Shown here one piece after another: positions 20,079-29,286 of a DNA stretch of 50,601 nucleotides (position 1 is the first letter of the stretch; the number at the start of each line of letters is the position of its first letter). Location: the NCBI GenBank assembly GCA_040902005.1, contig JBBDYA010000088.1, positions 1 to 50,601 of the forward strand. Reading direction: 5' to 3'. Both the position numbers and the translations under genes were made by a program. The notes below the pieces were generated by a model. The model was not told the origin of the DNA and made no database searches. It was given only the letters and a program-made list of their open reading frames with translations. This DNA is from Gemmatimonadaceae bacterium (GTDB lineage: Bacteria > Gemmatimonadota > Gemmatimonadetes > Gemmatimonadales > Gemmatimonadaceae).

Positions 20079-22031
20079 ATGCCCCGTCAGGCAACCATCC
20101 GAGCGGCGAATCCCGGTTCAAAGTCCGTGTCCTCGCTGCCGCTGGACGACGTCTTTCGCGTCGCGTTCGAGCAGTCGGCGGCCGGGATCTCCGTTGCGGC
20201 GCCGTCCGGCGAGTATCTGCACGCCAATCCGGCGTTCTGCGAGCTGGTGGGCTACTCGCTGGATGAGCTGCGCACGCTGAGCATGGCCGACCTGATGCAC
20301 AAGGACGACCAGGCTCGCGCCGCGGATATCAGGAATCGGATGCTCGGCGGGGACGCTTCCGAGGCGCGCTGCGAACGCAGGTACATCCACAAGTCCGGCG
20401 TCGCGCTCTGGGCGCTCCTCACCACCACGGTGGTGCGGCACGAGTCGGGAGAGTCGTCGTACATCATCTCGCAGGTCATCGACATCAGTGACCGGAGGCT
20501 GGCGGAAGATGCGCTGCAGCGGGCCGAAGCCCGGTTCCGCGCACTCATCGGCGCCATGCAGGACGTGATCCTCGTCCTGGATCACGAGGGCACGTACGTG
20601 GACATCGCGCCCAGCGCGACCGACAAGCTGTATCGGAAGCCCGCTGATCTGCTCGGACGCCGTCTGCACGACATTTTTCCGCGCGACCGCGCCGACCATT
20701 TTCTCGGGATGATCCGGCGCGCGCTCGAAACCCGGGCGCCGGTCGAATGCTCGTACGACTTGCACGTCAATGGGGGAACGCTCTGTTTCGAGGCGACGAT
20801 CTCGCCGCTGCCCGACGACCGCGTGGTGTGGGTGGCTCGCGACGTGTCTGCCCGCAGCAGAGCCGAGCAGGCGCTGCGGGAGAGTGAGGTCCAGCTCCGC
20901 CAGTCGCAGAAGATGGAAGCGGTGGGCCAGCTTGCGGGTGGCATTGCCCACGATTTCAACAATCTGCTGATGGCGATCATGAGCAACGCGGAACTCGCGG
21001 CGCTCGACGTTCCCGCCGGTTCTCCCGCGATCGACAGCATCGACGAAATTCGAAGCGCCTCGCGCCGGGCGCGTGAGCTGACGCAACAGCTCCTGGCATT
21101 CAGTCGAAAGCAGGTGCTCCAGCCCCGCGTGCTGGACATGACCGCCGTCGTGCGCGACGCCGAGCAGATCCTGCGGCGCCTGATCGGCGAGGACATCGCC
21201 ATGACGGTCGCGCTCGACCCGGAGACCGGACACGTGCGCGCGGATCCCGGCCAGCTGGGCCAGGTGCTCGTGAATCTCTGCGTCAACGCGCGGGATGCGA
21301 TGCCACAGGGCGGCCAGATCGGCATTCAGTCATCGAATCGCGACGTGGACGCGGTGGAAGCGGAGGCGCATCCCGGTCTGCGCCCGGGGCGATATGTCGT
21401 CCTCCAGGTTCGGGACACCGGTCTTGGCATGGACGAAGAAACGCGGAAGCGGGTCTTCGAGCCGTTCTTCACGACGAAGCCCGCGGGTAGCGGGACCGGA
21501 CTTGGCCTGTCCACGGCGTACGGGATCGTCAAGCAGTCCGGCGGATATATCGCGGTGGAGTCCGCCGAGGGCAGGGGGGCGGTGTTTTCCGTGTATCTGC
21601 CGCGGGTATTCGAATCCGCCGATCCGGTGCCCTCGACGTCCCAGTTGGTGAAGCCGGGCTCCGCGAATGGAAGGACGATCCTGCTGGTGGAGGACGAAGC
21701 CGCCGTGCGCGAAGCGGCCAGGCGGATGCTGCGCAAGCACGGCTTCACCGTGATCGAGGCGAAGAACGGACAGGACGCTCTCGCGCTGTGGGAGGGCCAC
21801 GCCGACGAGGTCGATGTCGTGCTCACCGACGTGGTGATGCCGACGATGGGCGGGGCGCAGCTTGCCCGAACGCTACGCGAGCGCCGGCCGGACCTCCGCG
21901 TGGTGTTCATGTCGGGCTACACGCAGGGCACGCTCGAACTGTCGTCGATGGACGCAGCGGCCACGCGCTTTCTTCCCAAGCCCTTCACCGCCGACCAGCT
22001 GGTTGGCGCGCTGCGCGAACTGCTCGACTAG
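20079..22031 (+). CDS. Hybrid sensor histidine kinase (PAS-PAS-HisKA-HATPase-REC), cytoplasmic
   Basis: AGGIAHDFNNLL, NLCVNARDAM, FEPFFTTK, GTGLGL, receiver LLVEDE...TDVVMP...FLPKPF. Confidence 0.95.
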   Translation: MPRQATIRAANPGSKSVSSLPLDDVFRVAFEQSAAGISVAAPSGEYLHANPAFCELVGYSLDELRTLSMADLMHKDDQARAADIRNRMLGGDASEARCERRYIHKSGVALWALLTTTVVRHESGESSYIISQVIDISDRRLAEDALQRAEARFRALIGAMQDVILVLDHEGTYVDIAPSATDKLYRKPADLLGRRLHDIFPRDRADHFLGMIRRALETRAPVECSYDLHVNGGTLCFEATISPLPDDRVVWVARDVSARSRAEQALRESEVQLRQSQKMEAVGQLAGGIAHDFNNLLMAIMSNAELAALDVPAGSPAIDSIDEIRSASRRARELTQQLLAFSRKQVLQPRVLDMTAVVRDAEQILRRLIGEDIAMTVALDPETGHVRADPGQLGQVLVNLCVNARDAMPQGGQIGIQSSNRDVDAVEAEAHPGLRPGRYVVLQVRDTGLGMDEETRKRVFEPFFTTKPAGSGTGLGLSTAYGIVKQSGGYIAVESAEGRGAVFSVYLPRVFESADPVPSTSQLVKPGSANGRTILLVEDEAAVREAARRMLRKHGFTVIEAKNGQDALALWEGHADEVDVVLTDVVMPTMGGAQLARTLRERRPDLRVVFMSGYTQGTLELSSMDAAATRFLPKPFTADQLVGALRELLD

Positions 22032-22215
22032 GGAGGCTCTGAAACAGGGCGAGTAGGAAGCGCGATAGCTCCCCGGGGCGCGAGCCAGTATCAATACTGA
22101 GACGAGTATGCGGAACTCCTCACAAGCCCATCCGGGCCCCCGTCTCAGTATTGATACTACGCTCGCGCCCCGGGGAGCTATCGCGCTTCCTACTCGCCCT
22201 GTTTCAGAGCCTCCC
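22032..22215. mobile_element. MITE-like 184-bp palindromic element flanked by CTAG direct repeats
   Basis: Arms 22031-22104 and 22141-22215 are reverse complements except one C vs GT site; 36-bp spacer; CTAG at 22028-22031 and 22216-22219. Confidence 0.7.
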
Positions 22216-24273
22216 CTAGAACTCCACCTGCGCACCGAGTTCCACCACGCGGTTCGGTGGAATCCCGAAGAACTCCGTGGCCGAGCGCGCGTTCCGCTGG
22301 AGGAACACGAACAACTTCTTTCGCCAGCCAGCCATGTCGAGCGTCATCCCGTCTGGCGCCGTGCGCGTGCCGGTTCTTGGCCCGCGCCGGCGGTCCAGCA
22401 CGAGGATGCGTTCGCGGCCCAGATAGAAGGTCGTCTCGTTGGGCTTTGCCTTCAGCCCGGTTTGCCGCAGCCGGTACAGGATCTCGGGTACGTCCGGCGT
22501 CTCCATGAAGCCGTAGCGCGCGTTGACGCGGAAGAAGCCGAGCTCGAGTTCCTCCATGGTCAGCCGCTCTTCGGCGGGCACCTCGGGATACTCTTCCGTC
22601 TTGATCGACATCAGCACCACCTGCTCGTGGAGCACCTTGTTGTGCTTCAGGTGGTGCAGCAGCACCACCGGCACCCCGTCCGAGCTGGAGGTCATGAACA
22701 CGGCCGTGCCTGGCACGCGCGGTGGCTTCCGCCGTCGCACGTCGTCGAGAAAGAGATCCATGGGCAATGAGCCGGCTTGCAGGATGCGGTTGAGCATCGT
22801 GCGTCCCGTCTTCCATGTGCTCATGATCGTGAAGACGATCGTCGCGATCATGATGGTGACCCACCCCCCGCTCGGCAGTTTGGTGGCATTCGCCGAGAAG
22901 AACGAGAGATCGATCACGAGGAAAATCGCGAGAAAGGCCAGTACCGCGCGCGCGGACCAGTGCCAGGTCTGGCGCGCGACCACGGCGTAAAGCACGCTCG
23001 TGATCGCGAATGCGCCCGTGACCGCGATGCCGTACGCCGCGGTGAGATTCTCGGAACTGCGGAACGTCACCACCAGGAGCAGGCAGCCGATCGCCAGCGC
23101 CTTGTTCACCTCGGGGACGTAGATCTGGCCTGCCTGCTTGTAGGATGTGTGGATGATGCTCAGTCGCGGCGAGTACCCCAGCTGCATGGACTGCTGGGCG
23201 AGCGAATAGGCGCCGGAGATCATCGCCTGCGACGCGACGATCGTTGCGAGCGTCGCCAGCCCCACGAGGGGGTACAGGAACCACTCCGGGGCCAGGCGAT
23301 AGAACGGGTTTGTGGCCGCCGACGGGTCGCGAAGCACCAGCGCGCCCTGACCGTAATAGTTGAGTAGCAGGCACGGGAGCGCCATGGCGAACCAGGCCAT
23401 CCGGATCGGCCGCTTGCCGAAGTGGCCCATGTCCGCGTACAGCGCCTCGGCGCCAGTCACGGCGAGCACCACCGCGCCAAGGATGAAAAATCCCCCGGGC
23501 CCCATCCGGAGAAAGAATGCAAGGGCGTGGTGCGGGCTCAGTGCCATCAGGATGTGCGGATCGCGGGCGATCTCCCTGAGGCCGAGCACGGCAATCGTCA
23601 GGAACCAGACGAGCGTGATGGGACCGAACGCCCTTCCGACGCGCGCCGTGCCGAACCGCTGCACGGAAAAGAGTCCGACGAGAATGGCAAATGCGATGAC
23701 GACGACGAAGGGATCGAAGGCCGGCGTCGCGATCCTCAACCCCTCCACCGCGCTCAGCACGGACACGGCGGGGGTGATCATTCCGTCACCCAGCAGAAGC
23801 GCCGTTCCAAACAGGGCGAGCAGGACGAGCACGATGCGCTTGTGGCGATCCTCCTCGCGTCGCTCCTGCTGCAGCACGAGCGCGAGCAGGGCCATCATGC
23901 CGCCCTCACCCCGGTTATCCGCCTTCAGGACCATCACCAGGTACTTCACGCTCACGATCAGGATGAGCGCCCAGGTAATCATGGACAGCAGGCCGTACAC
24001 GTTGGCCGGAGACGCCGGATACGGGTGCCGTCCGGAGAACGCCTCGCGAATGGCATAGAGGGGACTCGTTCCGATATCACCGTACACCACGCCCAGCGCG
24101 GCCAGCGAGAGCGCCGCGAGCCGCTTTCCGCCGGGCGGCGCGCCGCCGTGGGACCGCTGTGGTGGCATCACCGGGATTGCCACGCTCGGGCGCGCCGCCC
24201 CCGGCGACCGGGGGGCATCCGGCGCCGGCGTCGAGGGTGGTGCAGGCGGTTCTGAAGGGGTCAGGTCTGCCAA
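22216..24273 (-). CDS. kup: KUP/HAK/KT potassium transporter
   Basis: GVVYGDIGTSPLY, DNRGEGG, GDGMITPAVSVLSAVEG, EALYADMGHF, GQIYVP; start uncertain (TTG 24273 with GAGG, or ATG 24168). Confidence 0.95.
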   Translation of the reverse strand: MADLTPSEPPAPPSTPAPDAPRSPGAARPSVAIPVMPPQRSHGGAPPGGKRLAALSLAALGVVYGDIGTSPLYAIREAFSGRHPYPASPANVYGLLSMITWALILIVSVKYLVMVLKADNRGEGGMMALLALVLQQERREEDRHKRIVLVLLALFGTALLLGDGMITPAVSVLSAVEGLRIATPAFDPFVVVIAFAILVGLFSVQRFGTARVGRAFGPITLVWFLTIAVLGLREIARDPHILMALSPHHALAFFLRMGPGGFFILGAVVLAVTGAEALYADMGHFGKRPIRMAWFAMALPCLLLNYYGQGALVLRDPSAATNPFYRLAPEWFLYPLVGLATLATIVASQAMISGAYSLAQQSMQLGYSPRLSIIHTSYKQAGQIYVPEVNKALAIGCLLLVVTFRSSENLTAAYGIAVTGAFAITSVLYAVVARQTWHWSARAVLAFLAIFLVIDLSFFSANATKLPSGGWVTIMIATIVFTIMSTWKTGRTMLNRILQAGSLPMDLFLDDVRRRKPPRVPGTAVFMTSSSDGVPVVLLHHLKHNKVLHEQVVLMSIKTEEYPEVPAEERLTMEELELGFFRVNARYGFMETPDVPEILYRLRQTGLKAKPNETTFYLGRERILVLDRRRGPRTGTRTAPDGMTLDMAGWRKKLFVFLQRNARSATEFFGIPPNRVVELGAQVEF

Positions 24274-24288
24274 ACGGCCTCGCAAACG

Positions 24289-24318
24289 AAAACGGGCCGC
24301 GGCAATCGCCGCGGCCCG
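24289..24318 (-). terminator. Intrinsic terminator after the PadR-family gene
   Basis: Perfect 11-bp stem CGGGCCGCGGC/GCCGCGGCCCG followed by TTTTCGTTT on the minus strand. Confidence 0.75.
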
Positions 24319-24350
24319 GAACACCAATCTAGGGAGGCGAGTGCTCCAGT

Positions 24351-24974
24351 CTAGCGGGTGCCGCCTTTTTCTGAACGTTCGAGCTCCTCGAGTTCCGCTG
24401 TGGCGCGGTCCAGGATCGCACGCACACGCTCCAGTTTGGCGGCATCATTCACGTTCCGCGATGCGTGGCCATAGGCCGCCCGCCCGACCCGACGAAAGGC
24501 GTGGTTCACGGCCATCATCGGCTCATCGAGGAAGCCCTCCACGAATCGCGCGATGCGGTCGAAGATCGAGTCCACCGTAGTGCTGTGCTCGGCGAGGTAC
24601 GCACTGCCCTCGGGCGTGATCGTGTACACCTTGCGTCCGCCATCGTCCTGAGAGACGCGGGCGTACCCCAGGTCCTCGAGCATCGTGAGCGTCGGGTACA
24701 CGGTGCCGGGGCTCGGCGAGTATGCGCCTTCAAAACGATCCTCCAGCTCCTTGATCACCTCGTAGCCGTGTCGAGGCTTCTCCTGGAGGAGTCGGAGGAT
24801 GACGTACTTGAGGTCACCCTGCTCGAAGACGCGTCCCATGCGGCCGCGGCGGTGCCGGCTTTTCGGTCCCCAGAACTCCGGACCAAATCCGTCGAAGCCC
24901 CCCCATCCCCAGCGCCCCCGGGAACTTGCGCACTGCTCATTGAACCAGGGCATGCCGAACGCAAATACTCTCAT
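24351..24974 (-). CDS. PadR-family transcriptional regulator
   Basis: GDLKYVILRLL, PRHGYEVIK, YSPSPGTVYPTL, RKVYTIT; GAGG RBS before ATG 24974. Confidence 0.93.
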   Translation of the reverse strand: MRVFAFGMPWFNEQCASSRGRWGWGGFDGFGPEFWGPKSRHRRGRMGRVFEQGDLKYVILRLLQEKPRHGYEVIKELEDRFEGAYSPSPGTVYPTLTMLEDLGYARVSQDDGGRKVYTITPEGSAYLAEHSTTVDSIFDRIARFVEGFLDEPMMAVNHAFRRVGRAAYGHASRNVNDAAKLERVRAILDRATAELEELERSEKGGTR

Positions 24975-24986
24975 GGCTCGTTCCTC

Positions 24987-25016
24987 ACGATATATCTTTG
25001 ATATGTTGACGATATA
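24987..25016. promoter_or_regulatory. Candidate PadR auto-operator (GATAT x3, 11-bp period)
   Basis: ACGATATA at 24987 and 25009, GATAT at 25000; AT-rich patch just upstream of the RBS. Confidence 0.55.
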
Positions 25017-25112
25017 GCGGCGAGAATCGCTTCGCAAGGTGCCCCCGCACATGGGACGGGTCATGTGGGTCGAAGCGAACCAGTGAGCGGACCAGCGCTT
25101 ACGAGTCGCGGT

Positions 25113-25128
25113 CGGAATGCGATTTGCC
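25113..25128 (+). promoter_or_regulatory. Candidate sigma-54 (-24/-12) promoter of the CsbD-family gene
   Basis: CGG-AATGCGATTT-GC: GG-N10-GC with TTGC, 35 bp before the ATG. Confidence 0.5.
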
Positions 25129-25162
25129 CGATCTGGTGTTCCACGCAACCGGAGTACTGACA

Positions 25163-25363
25163 ATGACTGACGATCTCGGCCGCGAAGGCAGAAAGGATCA
25201 GATCAAGGGAACCGTCAAGGAAGCCGAAGGCCGTGTGCGGGACGCCGTCGGCGGGCTGACCGGGGATTCTTCCGAGCAACTGAAGGGGAAGGGGCAGCAG
25301 CTGAAGGGCAAGGCGCAGCGCAAGATCGGCGAACTGAAATCGGACGCGGACCGGGACCGATAA
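25163..25363 (+). CDS. CsbD-family small stress protein
   Basis: DQIKGTVKEAEGRVRDAVGGLTGD...KGKAQRKIG; GGAG RBS. Confidence 0.9.
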   Translation: MTDDLGREGRKDQIKGTVKEAEGRVRDAVGGLTGDSSEQLKGKGQQLKGKAQRKIGELKSDADRDR

Positions 25364-25384
25364 GTCGATCGAATCCGCACAAGA

Positions 25385-25425
25385 GACGCGGGCGGCGCCT
25401 TCGGGGTCGCTCGCGTCCTCTTTTC
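25385..25425 (+). terminator. Intrinsic terminator between the CsbD and HD-GYP genes
   Basis: GACGCGGGCGGCGCC-TTCG-GGGTCGCTCGCGTC followed by CTCTTTT. Confidence 0.65.
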
Positions 25426-25427
25426 GC

Positions 25428-27134
25428 CTAGCTGGGCAATGCCGGCCGCGGCTGCGAGGGGCGAGGTGCGTGGGGGGGGGCGTCGGCGAGCGCGTCTGGC
25501 GTGGCCGCGGCTCGCATGACCGCCGGATCGGCCAGCTTGATGCGGAAGAACACGGCGAGAATGTCGGGATCGAACCCGCGGCCCATGTCGGCTTGCATCA
25601 GGCGCAATGCCTCCCGCGGCGCGAAGGCCCGGCGGTACGCGCGGTCGCTCGTCAAGGCATCATAGACGTCGGCGACACACAGTATTCTCGCGGCAAGCGG
25701 GATGTCCTCTCCCGCGAGGCCATCGGGGTATCCGTGGCCATCCCACCGCTCGTGGTGACCCCGTATCATGGGGAACACATCCCACGGGAAGTCGATGTCA
25801 CGCAGGAGCTCGACGCCGGCCACGGGGTGCTTCTCCATTTCGCGGCGCTCGTCCGGGGTGAGCGGTCCCGGCTTGTTCAGGATGTCCGAGTGCACGACGA
25901 TCTTGCCGACATCATGCAGCAGGGCTCCCACGCGAAACCAGAAAAGGTTCGACTCGTCGAACCCCATGTCGGTCGCGATGGCGGTGGCATCGTCGGCGAC
26001 ACGCTGGCAGTGGCCCGCCGTGTACTCGTCCTTGGATTCGATGTTCTGCGCCCATTCCTCCACCGCGTCATTGAACCGCTGCTCGAGCAGGCGCATCCGC
26101 CGCCGGATGTCAGCGAGGTCCTGCTGGGAGCGCAGATTGGAAAAATGCCGATGCGAAAGGCTGAGGGCCTGGAGCGTCGCGCGATTCCGGCCGAGGAGGA
26201 GAAAGAGTTCCGCTTGCTCGCGGGCGATTTCCGCGCCAAGCAGCAGATCCTCCCGCGCCATGGCTTCCTCGTACGCCATGCGCAGAAAACTGTCGGCGTC
26301 TGCAAGCCGGTTCGATTCTCGGGCAATGACTCCCGCGTGCTTGTAGGCCTCGGCGATGAGTCGCCTTTCGTGCAGTGACCCCGCCTCGAGCAGAATGCGA
26401 TCACACGCCGACTTGGCATTGGTGAAATCCCGCTTCGCTATCAGGAGCGCCACCGTGTTTACCTCGACCATGAGGCGCGTCCATCCGTCGCCGCAGGCCT
26501 TGGCGAGCGCGTGGGACTCGACGTAGGTGCGTGCCGCCTGGTCCCAGTTCTCCAGCCTGACATGGGCCAGGCCGATGTTGTTCAGCAGACGCGCGACATC
26601 CTCGAGCAGGCCCAGCGACCGATATCGGTCGAGGCTGTCGCGATAGTGCTCGAGTGCGCGCTCTGCCTCTCCGTGCATGCTCGCGATGACCCCGAGGTTC
26701 TGTTCCACCATGGCGATGAGCCGCTCGTCCCCGGCGAGACGCGCCATTCGGCTCGCCTCTTCGTACAGCTGCCGTCCCTCCTCGAGCAGTCCGCGCTGGA
26801 CGTAGCTGATGGCCATGACGTTGACCGTGTGCGCGACTTCGCTGGAGTTGCCGCAGGCCGTGGCAGCCGCGTGCGCCGCCGTCAGACAATCCACGCCCGC
26901 CTCCACGTCGCCATCGTCCAGGTAGGTGCGTCCCACCCGTCGCAGGATGGTTGACGCGGCCGTCGCTTCGGTCGCGTCCCTGAGCAGGTATAACGCCCCT
27001 TCGTACCGCTGGCGAGCAAGTTCGCGGCGGCCAGATGCGGCGGCTCGATGCGCCTCGTCCATCAACGCGGCCGCGAGCGCGCCGGACGCGGGGATCGCCG
27101 TGCTGGGTCGGGGTGGTGAACCGGAGTCTGTCAC
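25428..27134 (-). CDS. TPR-repeat + HD-GYP phosphodiesterase
   Basis: GTG 27134 overlaps the upstream stop (GTGA); TPRs (QNLG, NNIG); YTAGHCQRV, LLHDVGK, HHERWDGHGYP, ADVYDALTSDRAYR. Confidence 0.9.
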   Translation of the reverse strand: MTDSGSPPRPSTAIPASGALAAALMDEAHRAAASGRRELARQRYEGALYLLRDATEATAASTILRRVGRTYLDDGDVEAGVDCLTAAHAAATACGNSSEVAHTVNVMAISYVQRGLLEEGRQLYEEASRMARLAGDERLIAMVEQNLGVIASMHGEAERALEHYRDSLDRYRSLGLLEDVARLLNNIGLAHVRLENWDQAARTYVESHALAKACGDGWTRLMVEVNTVALLIAKRDFTNAKSACDRILLEAGSLHERRLIAEAYKHAGVIARESNRLADADSFLRMAYEEAMAREDLLLGAEIAREQAELFLLLGRNRATLQALSLSHRHFSNLRSQQDLADIRRRMRLLEQRFNDAVEEWAQNIESKDEYTAGHCQRVADDATAIATDMGFDESNLFWFRVGALLHDVGKIVVHSDILNKPGPLTPDERREMEKHPVAGVELLRDIDFPWDVFPMIRGHHERWDGHGYPDGLAGEDIPLAARILCVADVYDALTSDRAYRRAFAPREALRLMQADMGRGFDPDILAVFFRIKLADPAVMRAAATPDALADAPPHAPRPSQPRPALPS

Positions 27135-28159
27135 GCCGATGCGCGTGCGAAGTCCGGCAGTTGCTTCGCGTCCCGGAGCTTGCGCGCGAGACGCGGGCGC
27201 GAGATGCCGAGCATTCGGGCAGCCGCCGAGCGATTCCCTCCGGTGATGCGAAGCGCGATCTCGATGGCTTCGCGCTCCACGACGGCCAGCGATTTTCCAG
27301 TGCGTGGAATGCGGATCTCTCCACCGGAGTCCAGTTCCAGCGACGACGACCGCCGCTGGATGAGCAGGTGCTCTGGTCGAATGGTGCGCTCCTCGCCGCT
27401 GAGAATCGCGGCGCGCTCGATCACATTGCGCAGTTCGCGAACGTTGCCCGGCCAGCGGTGCGAATCCAGCGCCTCGATCGACGCGGGCGCCAGCACCTTG
27501 ATGCGGCCGTGTTCGTTGACGGACTCCGCCAGGCAATGCTTCGCGATGAGCGGGATGTCCTCGCGGCGCTCACGCAGCGAGGGAAGCGAGATACTGAAGA
27601 CGTTGAGGCGATAGTACAGATCTTCCCGGAACGTACCGGTCGTGACCGACTGTTCCAGCAAGGGGTTGGCGGCGGCGATCAGCCGGCACCCGATCTCGAT
27701 CTCCTCCGTGCCGCCCAGGAGACGCACCCGGCGCGACTCCAGGACGCGCAGCAACTTGGGCTGGAGTGGGTAGGGAAGCTGATGGATTTCGTCCAGAAAC
27801 AGCGTACCGGATCCGGCGAGCTCGAACAGGCCGCTCTTGCGCTTGCGCGCGTCGGTGAACGCGCCGCGCTCGTGCCCAAAAAGCTCGGATTCCAGCAGGG
27901 TTTCCGGGATCGCCGCGCAGTTCACCGCGACGAAGGGTTGCTCCGAATTGGGTGACGCGTAATGAATGCCGCGCGCAAACAGTTCCTTGCCCGTGCCCGT
28001 TTCCCCGAGCAGCAGCACAGTGGTGCGCGGCGCATCAGCCACGCGGCGCGCGAGTTCCAGGGCATCCGTGATTGCCGCGCTCTTGCCGAGAATGTTCTGA
28101 AAGCCGAAGTCGGGCGATCCCGCCCCGCGCGCTGACGTGATGGTGGCTGGCGCGCTCAT
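27131..28159 (-). CDS. Sigma-54-dependent activator (bEBP: AAA+ and Fis-type HTH) with no N-terminal regulatory domain
   Basis: [63 protein letters not shown] 28159 overlaps the upstream stop (ATGA). Confidence 0.93.
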   Translation of the reverse strand: MSAPATITSARGAGSPDFGFQNILGKSAAITDALELARRVADAPRTTVLLLGETGTGKELFARGIHYASPNSEQPFVAVNCAAIPETLLESELFGHERGAFTDARKRKSGLFELAGSGTLFLDEIHQLPYPLQPKLLRVLESRRVRLLGGTEEIEIGCRLIAAANPLLEQSVTTGTFREDLYYRLNVFSISLPSLRERREDIPLIAKHCLAESVNEHGRIKVLAPASIEALDSHRWPGNVRELRNVIERAAILSGEERTIRPEHLLIQRRSSSLELDSGGEIRIPRTGKSLAVVEREAIEIALRITGGNRSAAARMLGISRPRLARKLRDAKQLPDFARASA

Positions 28160-29223
28160 GCCGTGGCCTCCGCCACCGCCTCGGTTTCCTCCGCACTCGG
28201 CCGTCGAAGCCGAGTCTGCAATCCGGCAATCACTCCGGCGAACCCTGCAAGCCGCGCGAGATCGAGCGCGCGCCGCCAACATTCCCGCGCGCGGGCCAGT
28301 TCCCCGCAGTCCCGGCATGCGTCGCCAAAGTCTGACAGCACCTCGACTCGGAGGAGCGCATCCTCGGTGAGGTCGGCCAGCGCCGCGGCCCGATTCAGAA
28401 GCGTGAGCGCCTGTGCCGATTCCGGATCGCGGGCCCGAGTCACCCGGGCAAGGGCCCGGAGTGCCGCGGCGCGGCGCGTATTGTCGCTTCGCTGCTCGGC
28501 GATTCCAAAGGCGTGGGCCGCCGCGAGTTCCGCGGCTTCCAGGCGCCCCATCTCCACAAACAGCGCCGAGCGATTCTCTTCCACCGTGCCCTCGGAGACC
28601 ACGTCCTTGAGTTCGCAGGCAAGGTCCCGGGCGCGGTCCAGTGTGTCCAGGGCCCGCGCTGTGGCGCCTTCTCGCGTGTACAGCACGCCAAGATTGTTGA
28701 GAACCCAGAGCGCGGCGTCCCGCTGCTCCTCCTGCTCGAATGCGACCAATGCCAGCCGGAAATGTGCAATGGCTTCATCGGTGCGCCCCTGAACGTCCGC
28801 GAGCACGCCAAGGTTTTGCTGCACCATCCCTGAAAGCCGGCGGTCCCCAAGACGGTGCGCCAGGCGCGCGGATTCGCCGTACCAGCGTTCCGCCGCGAGA
28901 AGATCGCCGCGGAAATGCGCCACCGTGCCCAGGCAGTTGAGGGCGTGCGCCCTGCCGGGCTGATAGCCCAGCGAATCGGCCACCGCGAGGCTCTGAGAGT
29001 ACAGCTCCGCTGCTGCCGAGTGACTGCCGCGGTCGCGAAGCACCGATCCTTTCCAGCGCAGGACGTCCGACAGGGCGTCACTGGGCCCGGCGGGAAGCAG
29101 CAGGCCGAGGGCGTGGTCGCATGCTTCGATCGCGTAGTCGGGATTGCTCCCACGCAGCCGACTCAGCGCCTCGCGGGCAAGGGCTCGTGCGTCTTCCAAC
29201 GGAGCCCCTCGTTCAAACTGCAT
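28156..29223 (-). CDS. Stand-alone TPR-repeat protein
   Basis: Repeated helical hairpins (ALNCLG, VQQNLG, VLNNLG, VEENRS); no signal peptide or enzyme domain. Confidence 0.88.
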   Translation of the reverse strand: MQFERGAPLEDARALAREALSRLRGSNPDYAIEACDHALGLLLPAGPSDALSDVLRWKGSVLRDRGSHSAAAELYSQSLAVADSLGYQPGRAHALNCLGTVAHFRGDLLAAERWYGESARLAHRLGDRRLSGMVQQNLGVLADVQGRTDEAIAHFRLALVAFEQEEQRDAALWVLNNLGVLYTREGATARALDTLDRARDLACELKDVVSEGTVEENRSALFVEMGRLEAAELAAAHAFGIAEQRSDNTRRAAALRALARVTRARDPESAQALTLLNRAAALADLTEDALLRVEVLSDFGDACRDCGELARARECWRRALDLARLAGFAGVIAGLQTRLRRPSAEETEAVAEATA

Positions 29224-29286
29224 ATTGCACCCGCCTTTCGTATGCACCGCGACGTTGAGTACTGCCCGAGTACGTCCTCGCGCAGA

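Noticed and set aside
22031..22215. Repeat-36 bp spacer-repeat as a mini CRISPR array
   Set aside because: Repeats are inverted, about 75 bp long, only two, and no cas genes are present
25428..29223. TPR/ATPase/HD cluster as an anti-phage defence system
   Set aside because: The ATPase is a typical sigma-54 activator with HTH and the HD domain is HD-GYP type; no nuclease, STAND or other effector domain is visible
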